46,447 nucleotides of DNA from an uncultured Negativicutes bacterium (GTDB lineage: Bacteria; Bacillota; Negativicutes; JBAXTZ01): NCBI GenBank assembly GCA_963721525.1, contig CAVRJL010000011.1, positions 1 through 46,447 of the forward strand, given 5' to 3'. The translations under genes were made by a program, and so were the position numbers. The first letter of the stretch is position 1, and each line of letters starts with the position of its first letter. Shown here one piece after another: positions 10,238 to 20,058 of this stretch. The notes beneath the pieces are model-generated. The model made no database searches, was not told the origin of the DNA, and saw only the letters and a list, made by a program, of their open reading frames with translations.

Positions 10238-10313
10238 TGGTGACCCGTAGGGGATTTGAACCCCTGTTACCGCCGTGAAAGGGCGATGTCTTAGACCACT
10301 TGACCAACGGGCC
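10238..10313 (-). tRNA. tRNA-Glu(TTC)
   Basis: GGCCCGT acceptor stem, TCGCC-CT-TTC-AC-GGCGG anticodon arm, GTTCAAATC, encoded CCA. Confidence 0.97.
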
Positions 10314-10319
10314 TAGTAA

Positions 10320-10394
10320 TGGCTCCTCGAGTAGGATTCGAACCTACAGCCACTCGGTTAACAGCCGAATGCTCTACCGTTGAGCTATCGAGGA
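10320..10394 (-). tRNA. tRNA-Asn(GTT)
   Basis: TCCTCGA acceptor stem, TTCGG-CT-GTT-AA-CCGAG anticodon arm, GTTCGAATC, encoded CCA. Confidence 0.97.
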
Positions 10395-10406
10395 ATAACA
10401 GCCGTT

Positions 10407-10435
10407 ATTATATACTATTTAATATTTTATAGCAA
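10407..10435 (-). promoter_or_regulatory. sigma-A promoter of the tRNA Asn-Glu-Val operon
   Basis: TTGCTA-N17-TATAAT ending 12 nt upstream of tRNA-Asn. Confidence 0.75.
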
Positions 10436-10564
10436 GTAATTTTATAAAAACTTTCAAAGTTTACCAAGTGTTTTGTATTTAACGGCGTTACAATTGTACG
10501 CATTTTTGATTCAATATATATAAAGAATATTGTAGGTATTATTTTATCATATAACATAGAAAAA

Positions 10565-10960
10565 TTGATAATAATACTGATAAGACATATCACGATATCT
10601 TTACAATATTATGCATTGTGTTTTTTTATCTTAACTTGCCATAAAAACAACAATGTAAGCATATTAGTAAATGTACAAGATGATACTAAACTTCCAGTAG
10701 AAAAATTATTTTCTTTGTCTAAATATTTTAGAAATGTGACAAAATTACTTACTCCATTAAAAGAAACAAACTTACCTACTAGATATTAAATAATTATCAA
10801 AATAAATACCAAAAATTAGTGTCGATACAGAAAATTAACCTATTATACTCTTACAAACCAAATATTCGGAACTATTACAACATTTTATATTTCTATAGTC
10901 TATTTTAAATACCAACTAAAATAATTTCGTAATCTTATATTAAGTATATATAGTAAGAAT
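10565..10960 (+). pseudogene. possible eroded polysaccharide deacetylase gene
   Basis: ILTCHKNNNVSILVNVQDD from 10628 resembles the (V/I)LxYHK..SLSV.PED N-terminal motif; a later frame-shifted EN*PIIL resembles LPENPVLITFDDG. Similarity is weak and recalled from memory; boundaries are approximate. Confidence 0.3.
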
Positions 10961-11199
10961 TATGCACATGTATCAAAAAATAGTAAAAAAGATATAAAAA
11001 TCTTTGAATGAATGGCATTTTATCTTATTCTCTTTTTAAGAAATAGCTTTTAATTATTTAGAAAATATAAATAACTTATATATTAAAATAAAAATTTTAA
11101 AGCATAACACGTAATTTATTATTAATAACAGTATTGTTTGTAAACTATATCATGCTATAATTAAGAAATATATGCTGATCAATAAAATCGATTTTAAAA

Positions 11200-11580
11200 T
11201 CTAAATATTCTAATAAATTATAAATTTACGCAATGGTGAAAAAATCATTACTCCTAGAAATACACATAAAATTTTTATTTAGAGGGTAATTTTATCAGAA
11301 TTTATTTTCGTATTCATTTATACTAGATATCCTCGAAAATTCGGGCTAGACTTAAATGCGTATAGTTTTTTAAATTGCTATAAAATAACTACAATTCTGT
11401 TTGTGTTTATTGTAATCTTCAATGTTTATTGTTAATTCTAAATTAATATATAAAATATTAGTTTTTTATCTATCTAGGCGAAATAATTAATGAAGAAATT
11501 ATTTCATATTTTTAAAGGGTACAAACTTATAGTTCATAATCTGATTGTGAAATTATCAATAAATTTAGTAAAATTAAAAC
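11200..11580 (+). pseudogene. Orn/Lys/Arg decarboxylase (YaaO-like) remnant with a large internal deletion
   Basis: From 11223, NLRNGEKIITPRNTHKIFI*RVILSEFIFVFIYTRYPRKFGLDLNA (cf. PGDKILVPRNAHKSV...ILSGA.PV...). From 11468, IYLGEIINEEIISYF (cf. C-terminal PGE.ITEEII.Y). Canonical position upstream of tmk. Confidence 0.8.
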
Positions 11581-11589
11581 GGTGAAATA

Positions 11590-12231
11590 ATGCAACGCGG
11601 AATATTTATTTCTTTTGAGGGTGCTGACGGAACAGGAAAAACAACACAAAGTATGTTGTTAGCCGAATTTTTACGTAGTAAACAGTACAAAATAATACTA
11701 ACTCGTGAACCTGGGGGCACACTTATTAGTGATAAGATACGACAAATTATTTTGGATAATAATAATTATCGTATGACTACTCGTACAGAATTGCTTTTAT
11801 ATGCTGCTGCTCGTGCTCAACATGTAGAAGAAAAAATTAGACCTTTACTTTTTCGCGGCGAAATTGTCATTACAGATCGTTTCTGCGATTCCACTTATGT
11901 ATACCAAGGATTAGCTGGTAAGATAGATATAAGAGAAGTGAATTATATAATAAATTTTGCTACTTTAGGCTTAAAACCTGATATAACAATAATTTTAGAA
12001 TGTGATTCTTCTATAAGCGAACAGCGTATACAAAAACGTAAACAAAATAAAAATAGATTAGAATCTGTTTCTACTGATTTTATAAAAAACGTTCACGAAG
12101 GATTTAAAAAATTAGTAAAAATAGATCCTAAAAGATTTAAATTGATTAATACCAATAATAGCGCACAAAATACTCAAAAAGAAATTCAAAAAATCATAAA
12201 AAAATTTTTTAAAAAAGTTAATTTAAAATGA
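11590..12231 (+). CDS. tmk: thymidylate kinase
   Basis: FISFEGADGTGKTTQ, TREPGGT, ELLLYAAARAQH, DRF and YQG motifs. Confidence 0.97.
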   Translation: MQRGIFISFEGADGTGKTTQSMLLAEFLRSKQYKIILTREPGGTLISDKIRQIILDNNNYRMTTRTELLLYAAARAQHVEEKIRPLLFRGEIVITDRFCDSTYVYQGLAGKIDIREVNYIINFATLGLKPDITIILECDSSISEQRIQKRKQNKNRLESVSTDFIKNVHEGFKKLVKIDPKRFKLINTNNSAQNTQKEIQKIIKKFFKKVNLK

Positions 12232-13238
12232 ATTTATTTAATACTATATACGGTCATGAAAGACAAATTAAGCTTCTACAAAAAATGCACACAATAAATA
12301 ATATACCTCATACAATATTATTTCAAGGATCGAAAGGTATAGGTAAATTTAAAATAGCTGTTACTTTTGCTTGCACTTTATTATGCTCTAAAAAAAATAA
12401 GCCATGCGGTAATTGTACTGACTGCCTGACTATAATCAAAAAACAAAATTTAAATACGATAATTATAAAACCAGAAGACGCTTCCATTAAAATTAAAATC
12501 AAACAGATACGGTCTTTGAAAAAAGAAGCTAATTTTACATCTTTCAATAATAAACCTAAAATTGTCATTATAGATGAGGCTGAAAAACTAAATATTGAAT
12601 CAATAAATAGTCTTTTAAAATTACTTGAAGAACCTCCCCTTAATTTTTATTTTATTATAATTTGTAGTAATAAAGACATTCTGCCTTTAACTGTTTATTC
12701 TCGCGCTTTCAAAGTAAATTTTTTCAACCTTTCTGTGAAAGAAATAAAAAACTTTCTTAAAGACAGAAATATTGATAGGGATATGGTTGAAGTTTTGTCT
12801 AGACTTTCTTCAGGTATAATAAATATAGCTATTTCAATAACAAAACAAGAATTAGATTTTAGAAATAAGGTATTAGAATGGTTAATAAATTTAGGAGATA
12901 AAACTTTCGAAACTATTTATCATATTTGTGAAGAATTAGAAAAAATAAATAAAAATGACAAAAAGCGGTTAAAATTGATTTTATGGTTTCTACAAACCAT
13001 TATATACGATATATTAATAATAAAAACTTCTACTCTTGAAAATGTTTTTTATAATGTGGATATGTTAGAGAAACTAAAAAAAATAAATTATATAAATATA
13101 GAAAAACTTGTCGATATAATTATATTAATCGAGAAGTTTTTTGTAACTTTAAATACGAATATTAACTTTCGTTTAGCTAGCGAACGTATGTTTATCCAAA
13201 TACAAGAAAAGCTTTATATGGAGGGAAAATGGAAATAA
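12228..13238 (+). CDS. holB: DNA polymerase III subunit delta'
   Basis: GSKGIGK, Zn module (C...PCGNCTDC), IIDEAEKL, NSLLKLLEEPP and LTVYSR; follows tmk with an ATGA overlap. Confidence 0.93.
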   Translation: MNLFNTIYGHERQIKLLQKMHTINNIPHTILFQGSKGIGKFKIAVTFACTLLCSKKNKPCGNCTDCLTIIKKQNLNTIIIKPEDASIKIKIKQIRSLKKEANFTSFNNKPKIVIIDEAEKLNIESINSLLKLLEEPPLNFYFIIICSNKDILPLTVYSRAFKVNFFNLSVKEIKNFLKDRNIDRDMVEVLSRLSSGIINIAISITKQELDFRNKVLEWLINLGDKTFETIYHICEELEKINKNDKKRLKLILWFLQTIIYDILIIKTSTLENVFYNVDMLEKLKKINYINIEKLVDIIILIEKFFVTLNTNINFRLASERMFIQIQEKLYMEGKWK

Positions 13239-13852
13239 CTGTAGGAGTAAAATTTAAAAAATTAGGGAAAATATATAATTTTTCTCCTAATAATATAGAT
13301 TTAAATATAGGGGACGGTGTTATTGTAGAAACAGTACGTGGCATTGAATACGGAATAATAGTTATAGGTCCTCGTGAACAACAAATACTTATTGATATTC
13401 CTCTAAAACCAATAATACGCAAAGCTACAAAAACAGACGAATCAATAGTTAAAAAAAATCGTATAAAAGAACAAGAAGCTTTTATAATTGCTTTAGAAAA
13501 AATAAAAAAGAATAATTTGCCTATGAATTTACTTGACGTTGACTTTGCATTTGACACAAAGAAAGTAACTTTTTTTTTCACTGCTGAAAGTAGAATAGAC
13601 TTTCGCGAACTTGTAAAAGAATTAGCAAGTGTTTTTCGTATTCGTATTGAAATGCGTCAAATAGGCAGCCGAGACGAAGCAAAAATAATAAAAGGTATGG
13701 GCTGTTGTGGAAGAGAAATTTGCTGTGCAACTTTTCTTAGTGAGTTTACCCCTATAACAATACGTATGGCAAAAGAACAAAAACTTTCTTTAAATGCTTC
13801 AAAATTATCAGGAATATGCGGACGATTTATGTGTTGTTTAAATTTTGAATGA
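13229..13852 (+). CDS. ricT: PSP1-domain protein RicT/YaaT, C-terminally shortened
   Basis: VIVETVRGIEYG, RIDFRELVKELA, RIEMRQIG, GCCGREICC, MAKEQ and SGICGRFMCCLNFE motifs; ends TGA TAA right after the Cys motif. Confidence 0.9.
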   Translation: MEITVGVKFKKLGKIYNFSPNNIDLNIGDGVIVETVRGIEYGIIVIGPREQQILIDIPLKPIIRKATKTDESIVKKNRIKEQEAFIIALEKIKKNNLPMNLLDVDFAFDTKKVTFFFTAESRIDFRELVKELASVFRIRIEMRQIGSRDEAKIIKGMGCCGREICCATFLSEFTPITIRMAKEQKLSLNASKLSGICGRFMCCLNFE

Positions 13853-14062
13853 TAAGATTGTATGGATAATAATATTAAATTTAAAATATTTTTTCTTTAA
13901 TTCATTTCTTCAAAATAAATAAAGAGGAAATAATAAACACTAATACAAATGGATAAATAGTCAAACTAAAATTGAATTATGGTAATACAATGGAAGTTCT
14001 GTGGGTAGATCTAATAACACTTAAAAATAGCTTTTGTAAAAACAAATAAAAAATGGATTGAT

Positions 14063-14914
14063 ATGACTAATTTCGGAAAATTATATTTAGTAGCAACTCC
14101 TATAGGAAATCTAGATGATATCACATTAAGAGCATTAAAAATTTTAACCTTTGTAGATATTGTAGCAGCTGAAGACACCCGTCAAACAGCTAACTTATTA
14201 AATCATTTTAAAATAAGAAAACCTTTAATAAGTTATTATGAACAAAATAAATTCAATAAGAGCAAAAAAATTATAGAGTTTATGAAGGAACGTAAAAATG
14301 TAGCTTTAGTAAGTGATGCTGGTATGCCAACAATAGCTGATCCAGGAATAGAATTAGTTAGATTAGCACATAAGCATAATATTAAAATAGAACCTATTCC
14401 AGGAGCAAATGCGGCTTTATCGGCCCTTATTTGTTCAAGTTTTGAAACAACTAGATTTTCTTTTCAAGGATTTTTGCCACGCACAAAAAAAAGAAGTGAA
14501 GAAGTATTAAAACAAATTTCCCGTTATCCTGAAACCATTATATTTTATGAAGCTCCTCATAGATTGGCAAAAACACTTGAAATAATAAAAATTTTTTTAG
14601 GAAACCGCAGAACTTGCATCTCCAGAGAAATAACAAAAAAATTCGAAGAATTCCGCTTAAACACCATCGAAGAACATATAATGTACTATAAAGAAAATAA
14701 ATCTCGCGGCGAATTTGTCATAGTAATCGAAGGGTATATAGATGACCGACAAATTCAAAAAGAACAAATAAGCGTAACTGAAATAATAGCTAAATTCAAT
14801 AGCTTAATAAATACAGGAAAAACAAAAAATGAATCCTTACGTTTATTAGCTAGAGAATATGGCATATCAAGAAAAGAAATTTACATAAAAATATTTATTG
14901 GCAATAAAATATAG
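14063..14914 (+). CDS. rsmI: 16S rRNA Cm1402 2'-O-methyltransferase RsmI
   Basis: LYLVATPIGNLDDITLRA, AEDTR, VSDAGMPTIADPG, YEAPHRL and REITKKFEE motifs. Confidence 0.97.
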   Translation: MTNFGKLYLVATPIGNLDDITLRALKILTFVDIVAAEDTRQTANLLNHFKIRKPLISYYEQNKFNKSKKIIEFMKERKNVALVSDAGMPTIADPGIELVRLAHKHNIKIEPIPGANAALSALICSSFETTRFSFQGFLPRTKKRSEEVLKQISRYPETIIFYEAPHRLAKTLEIIKIFLGNRRTCISREITKKFEEFRLNTIEEHIMYYKENKSRGEFVIVIEGYIDDRQIQKEQISVTEIIAKFNSLINTGKTKNESLRLLAREYGISRKEIYIKIFIGNKI

Positions 14915-14956
14915 CCTAAGTTTTTATGACGAAATTTTAAGGAGAAAAACAACTTT

Positions 14957-16495
14957 ATGAAAAAAAAAACATTCTATATAACTACTCCAATTTATTATCC
15001 AAACAATAATTTACATTTAGGACATGCTTACTGCACGGTAATAGCAGATGTAATCGCCCGTTATCATCGTTTAAAAGAACGTAATGTTTATTTTTTAACA
15101 GGAACTGACGAACATGGACAAAAAATACAACGCCAAGCTGAAGCGGCCGGTATACAAGTAAAAAAATTTATCGATAATATTGTTGAAAAAATACAAAAGT
15201 TATGGCAATTAATGAACATCTCAAATAACGATTTTATAAGAACAACAGAAGAACGACATAAAAAATCTGTGCAATATATATTCAAAAAAATTTTTGACAA
15301 TAATAATATATATAAATCTAAATACAAAGGACTATATTGCACTCCGTGCGAGGCTTTTTGGTCAAATAGACAAATAATTAATAATAAATGTCCTGATTGT
15401 GGTAAAGAAGTAGAATTTGCAGAAGAAGAAAGCTATTTTTTTAAGTTATCTAACTATCAAGATAGGCTTTTACGGCATATAGATCAAAATCCTCATTTCA
15501 TTTCTCCAATTACTCGTCGAAATGAAATAATAAGTTTTATAAAACAAGGTCTAGAAGACTTATGTGTTAGCCGTACAACTTTTAGTTGGGGAATACCTGT
15601 TCCAATTGATATGAAACACATTATTTATGTATGGTTTGACGCTCTAAGTAATTATATAACAGCGCTTGGTTATCCTGAAGATAACAATGATTTAATGAAA
15701 AATTTTTGGCCGGCAAATATTCATTTAGTAGGAAAAGAAATAACTAGATTTCATTGCATTATTTGGCCTTGCTTGCTAATGGCTCTTGGCTTGCCTTTAC
15801 CAAAACAAATCTACGGACATGGATGGATTCTTTTTAATAATGACAAAATGTCTAAATCAAAAGAAAATGTTGTGGACCCTTACTTATTGATAGAAAAATA
15901 CGGTTGTGATTCATTAAGATATTTCCTGTGCCGTGAAATACAATTAGGTCAGGATGGAACTTTTTCTGAAGAATCCCTTATACATCGTATTAATGCCGAT
16001 TTGGCTAACGATCTTGGCAATTTACTTTATCGTACTTTAAATATGATTGAAAAATTCAATAATAATGAAATTATTTTTAAAACTATTGAAGAAACGACAG
16101 ATAAAGATCTTATTAAATTAATTGATAATACTTGTGTAAATTACGAACAACTAATGGATAAAATAGATATTAACAATGCATTAAAAACTATTTGGAATTT
16201 AATAAATAAGGCAAATAAATATATCGACGAAACCAGGCCTTGGAAATTAAAAAAAAATAATGAAGAATATTTAAATACAGTGTTATATAATCTTGCTGAA
16301 TCTTTAAGAGTAATTTCTATACTAATAGAACCATTTATGCCACAAACTGCTTCAAAAATTCGCAAGCAATTAGGATTAAGCTCTCGTCATATAGTATTTA
16401 AAGATATCCAAAATATGACATTTTTACCTGGAACAAAAATAAATAAAGCAACTCAGTTATTTCCAAGGATAGAGATAATTGATAAAAGGAGTTAA
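14957..16495 (+). CDS. metG: methionine--tRNA ligase (short form, no C-terminal tRNA-binding appendage)
   Basis: FYITTPIYYPN, HLGH, TGTDEHG, CxxC..CxxC knuckle, YVWFDAL, KMSKS; ends at LFPRIE plus a short tail. Confidence 0.97.
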   Translation: MKKKTFYITTPIYYPNNNLHLGHAYCTVIADVIARYHRLKERNVYFLTGTDEHGQKIQRQAEAAGIQVKKFIDNIVEKIQKLWQLMNISNNDFIRTTEERHKKSVQYIFKKIFDNNNIYKSKYKGLYCTPCEAFWSNRQIINNKCPDCGKEVEFAEEESYFFKLSNYQDRLLRHIDQNPHFISPITRRNEIISFIKQGLEDLCVSRTTFSWGIPVPIDMKHIIYVWFDALSNYITALGYPEDNNDLMKNFWPANIHLVGKEITRFHCIIWPCLLMALGLPLPKQIYGHGWILFNNDKMSKSKENVVDPYLLIEKYGCDSLRYFLCREIQLGQDGTFSEESLIHRINADLANDLGNLLYRTLNMIEKFNNNEIIFKTIEETTDKDLIKLIDNTCVNYEQLMDKIDINNALKTIWNLINKANKYIDETRPWKLKKNNEEYLNTVLYNLAESLRVISILIEPFMPQTASKIRKQLGLSSRHIVFKDIQNMTFLPGTKINKATQLFPRIEIIDKRS

Positions 16496-16509
16496 TAGAG
16501 AAATTAGGA

Positions 16510-17289
16510 ATGGATAGATATTTTGGATTATTTGATAGTCATGCCCACATTGATGACAAACGTTTTAATAATGATAGAAAATTAATAATAGACTGTGCAA
16601 TTAAAAATAAAATGTCGGGTATTATAAATGTAGGTACTGATATAATTTCAAGCCAACGCAGTATATACTTAGCAAATCAATATGCCCTTATTTACGCAGC
16701 TATAGGAATACATCCCCACAACGCCAAAAACGCTTTAAAAGCAGATTTTGAACAATTACAACAATGGTCTACACTAGAACCTAAAGTTATCGCTATTGGC
16801 GAAATAGGGCTTGATTACCATTATAATTTTTCTCCTGTAGACGTTCAAAAAAAAATTTTTATTACTCAATTAGAAATAGCAAAATCGGCAAATATACCTA
16901 TAATTATTCATAATCGAGAATCAACTGTCGATATGATGAATATTGTAAAACAATATTCTAAAAATTTAAAAGGGGTTTTTCATTGTTATACAGGTAGCAT
17001 AGAAATTCTTAAAGAATTATTGAAAATGGATTTCTATGTTTCAATAGGAGGACCTATAACTTTTAAAAATGCTTATAAATTAAAGGAACTCATAAAATAT
17101 ATCCCCATTAATAAGTTACTAATTGAAACTGATTGTCCTTATTTAACGCCTGAACCTTATAGAGGTAAACGTAACGAACCAATTTATGTAAAATATGTTT
17201 GTGAAACTGTGGCAACTTTGCTTGAATTGCCGCTAGAACAATTAATTAAATCAACGACTAATAATGCGCGTGAACTATTTATGATTTAA
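16510..17289 (+). CDS. tatD: TatD family deoxyribonuclease
   Basis: DSHAH, GIHPH, IGEIGLDY, HNRE, HCY and ETDCPYLTP motifs; follows metG. Confidence 0.95.
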   Translation: MDRYFGLFDSHAHIDDKRFNNDRKLIIDCAIKNKMSGIINVGTDIISSQRSIYLANQYALIYAAIGIHPHNAKNALKADFEQLQQWSTLEPKVIAIGEIGLDYHYNFSPVDVQKKIFITQLEIAKSANIPIIIHNRESTVDMMNIVKQYSKNLKGVFHCYTGSIEILKELLKMDFYVSIGGPITFKNAYKLKELIKYIPINKLLIETDCPYLTPEPYRGKRNEPIYVKYVCETVATLLELPLEQLIKSTTNNARELFMI

Positions 17290-17318
17290 TAAAACAACTT
17301 AAATTGATCATCTTCTTT

Positions 17319-19997
17319 TCAACTGAAAGATATCTGAGGTAAAATAATTATCACAGATGTGCCACCTTTTGTACGAGATTCAATCGTTAATGAACCATTG
17401 TGAGCTTCAATAATAGTTTTACATATTGCCAATCCTAATCCTGAGCCTGCTACTTGGTAAGGAGTTTTTGCACGATAAAACTTTTCAAATACTTGGTTCT
17501 TATCGCTTACAGAAATGCCCCAACCACGATCGGAAATTTTTATTTTTATTTTTTCTTTTTCCTTAGTAACAAAAATTTCTATTTTACTGTCTTTTTTAGA
17601 ATATTGAATAGCGTTATCAATAATATTTGTTAAAACTTGTTCCATAAGAGCAGGATCCACTATTATTTTATTAACTTTTTTGTCTATATGAAGATTGAAC
17701 TTATATTCTGTTAATTCTTCTTCTAATTTTTTTTTGACTTTTTCAAATATTCCTTTTATAAAGACGTACTCTTTATTTAATTTAACAGTTTTACTTTCTA
17801 AACGAGCTGTTTCAGAAATATTACTTACAATGTGTTCCATTCTTTTTGAGCTTCTTTTTACTATGCTTAAATTTGCATTCAAATCCTCAACACCGTCAGC
17901 TATTTTATTTTCTATTATTTTTGTTATGGTAGCCGTAACGTCTGCCAACGGTTTACTTAACTCGTAAGATAAAGAATTAAGTAGAGCAATACGCAATTCA
18001 TTGATATTTGTATCGAATTCTATCTGAGTACTTTGTTCTGTTAATTGCACTCGTTCTATAGCTATTGTCGCTAATCTAGCCCATGATTCAATCTGTCGTT
18101 GTTCTTCAGAATTAATTTTTTCTTCTGATACATCAATACTTAATACTCCAATTCTTTTCTCTCCAGATATCATTGGAATATGTAAACACTTCGACATAGG
18201 TAAAGTTTCTGTAGTTCGTCCTACTTTTTGTCCGTGTTGATATGCCCAAACGGCCACAGCATATTCTTGTTCGTCTATTTTAATGTAGTTAGCTTTTTTA
18301 GTTTCATCTTTATCCCAATATCCAATTACTTTTAGTTTTGTATTTTCTTTAGGAATCAAAACAAATGTTTTTCGACTTAAAGTGTCTCCACATTGAGCTG
18401 CTAATCTTTGTGCTATTACTTTCACATCGAATAAAGAAGCTATATCTCTACTAAATTCAAATAAATAGCGAGTGCTTTTTTCCCGACGACGTGCAGCATA
18501 CGCTTCGTCTTTAAGTCGTTCTGTTCTTTCCCCAACTAAATATATTAGTATAAAGGCTATTACTGATACGATTATATTATTAAAACCTTTTATGTGTGAA
18601 GTAAAAAAAATAGAATAAACGAAAACACCGAAAAATATTGCTTTATAAATAAACCAACGATTATTACCAAAAGCTACAAATATGGTTCCTAAAAAATATA
18701 ATATCCCTAAATTAAAAATATCAGTAGAATTTTTAATTAATATTCCTAATGATAAGCTAGTACCTACAAAAAATAGGCAAAAAATAATGTCTTTACCTAA
18801 CTTATTTTTGTTTAATCTCTTTTTACTTAAAGTTTTATTATTATTATTATTTTTTGCCTTTTCTTGTATAACATAAAAGTTTATATCACCACAATACCTT
18901 TGAGCTTTATCAACTATTGTTTCCTTAAATAAATTTTGCAACCTACTAATTATTGGTTTTCCCATTACTATAGTATTTACATTATTACGACGAGCAAATT
19001 CTACTATTTCTTTTGCTCGATCATACCCTATCAATGTAGTTGTTTTTCCACCTAAATCTTCAACTAATTTTAAATTTTTTTGTAAACGGTCTTCTTCTTT
19101 TTCTGAAGCAAATGTTGTCTTTTTTTGAGATATTACATGAACAGCTATTAACTCTGCTTTAAATCCTTCGGCTAACCTTTTTGCTGCTCTAATAAGTTGG
19201 GCAGCAAAAGGGCTTGAAGTTACGCATACAAGAACTTTACCTGATGCAGGCCAAGGTCCTTCTATTCGATTATTGCGCATATAATCAGCAATTTCTTCAT
19301 CTACTCGCTTTGCTGCAAAACGCATTGCTAATTCTCTAAGCGCATTTATATTTCCTTCACGAAAAAAATTTTTTAATGCATGCTTAGCTTGTTGCGGTAT
19401 ATATACTTTCCCTTCATTAAGTCGTTTAACTAACTCATCTGGCGTTATATCTATAAGTTTTATACTATCTGCATTTTGGAAAATAGAGTCTGGCACGGTT
19501 TCTCTTACTATTACCCCTGTTATTTTTGCAACTATATCATTCAAACTTTCTATATGTTGTATATTTAATGTGGTAAAAACATCTATCCCAGCATCAATTA
19601 ACTCTTGTACATCTTGATAACGTCTTACATGTCTTGACCCATCCACATTAGTATGCGCTAACTCATCTACTAAAACTAACTGTGGTTTTCTCTCTAATAT
19701 CGCATCAATATCCATTTCTTCTAATAATTTATTCCGATATTTTATTTTTTTTAAAGGAATTATAGGTAATCCTTTTACTAAAGCTTCTGTTTCATTCCTT
19801 TTATGAGTAACTACTACTCCTACGATTACATCTAATCTATCTATTAATTTATCATGAGCAGCTGATAGCATAGCATAAGTTTTTCCAACTCCTGCCATTC
19901 CTCCTAAAAATATTGTTAACTTTCCTTTAATTTCTCGTTGCGCTTTTAATAAAAGTTCATCAGGATTTGGACGAAATTCATATTCGTTTTTTTTCAT
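17319..19997 (-). CDS. kdpD: KdpD sensor kinase homologue with degenerate H-box (His to Tyr)
   Basis: N-terminal KdpD domain (GVGKTYAML, LVDELAHTN, TTLNIQHIESLND), USP, TM and GAF regions, HATPase N/G1/F/G2 boxes; the H-box reads SLSYELSKPL. Confidence 0.95.
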   Translation of the reverse strand: MKKNEYEFRPNPDELLLKAQREIKGKLTIFLGGMAGVGKTYAMLSAAHDKLIDRLDVIVGVVVTHKRNETEALVKGLPIIPLKKIKYRNKLLEEMDIDAILERKPQLVLVDELAHTNVDGSRHVRRYQDVQELIDAGIDVFTTLNIQHIESLNDIVAKITGVIVRETVPDSIFQNADSIKLIDITPDELVKRLNEGKVYIPQQAKHALKNFFREGNINALRELAMRFAAKRVDEEIADYMRNNRIEGPWPASGKVLVCVTSSPFAAQLIRAAKRLAEGFKAELIAVHVISQKKTTFASEKEEDRLQKNLKLVEDLGGKTTTLIGYDRAKEIVEFARRNNVNTIVMGKPIISRLQNLFKETIVDKAQRYCGDINFYVIQEKAKNNNNNKTLSKKRLNKNKLGKDIIFCLFFVGTSLSLGILIKNSTDIFNLGILYFLGTIFVAFGNNRWFIYKAIFFGVFVYSIFFTSHIKGFNNIIVSVIAFILIYLVGERTERLKDEAYAARRREKSTRYLFEFSRDIASLFDVKVIAQRLAAQCGDTLSRKTFVLIPKENTKLKVIGYWDKDETKKANYIKIDEQEYAVAVWAYQHGQKVGRTTETLPMSKCLHIPMISGEKRIGVLSIDVSEEKINSEEQRQIESWARLATIAIERVQLTEQSTQIEFDTNINELRIALLNSLSYELSKPLADVTATITKIIENKIADGVEDLNANLSIVKRSSKRMEHIVSNISETARLESKTVKLNKEYVFIKGIFEKVKKKLEEELTEYKFNLHIDKKVNKIIVDPALMEQVLTNIIDNAIQYSKKDSKIEIFVTKEKEKIKIKISDRGWGISVSDKNQVFEKFYRAKTPYQVAGSGLGLAICKTIIEAHNGSLTIESRTKGGTSVIIILPQISFS

Positions 19998-20058
19998 TAT
20001 CTTATAATATCCCGTTTTATCCTACATTTTCATATTTTGTAATATCATCTTTGTAATA

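Noticed and set aside
10101-10307. 68-aa ORF on the minus strand
   Set aside because: It is a translation of the tRNA-Glu and tRNA-Val genes and their terminator.
13850-13855. TGA read-through (genetic code 4/25 or selenocysteine) at the end of ricT
   Set aside because: TGA is followed immediately by TAA. TGA ends other genes at their expected termini (tmk, argS, kdpC), and conserved Trp residues use TGG, so code 11 fits.
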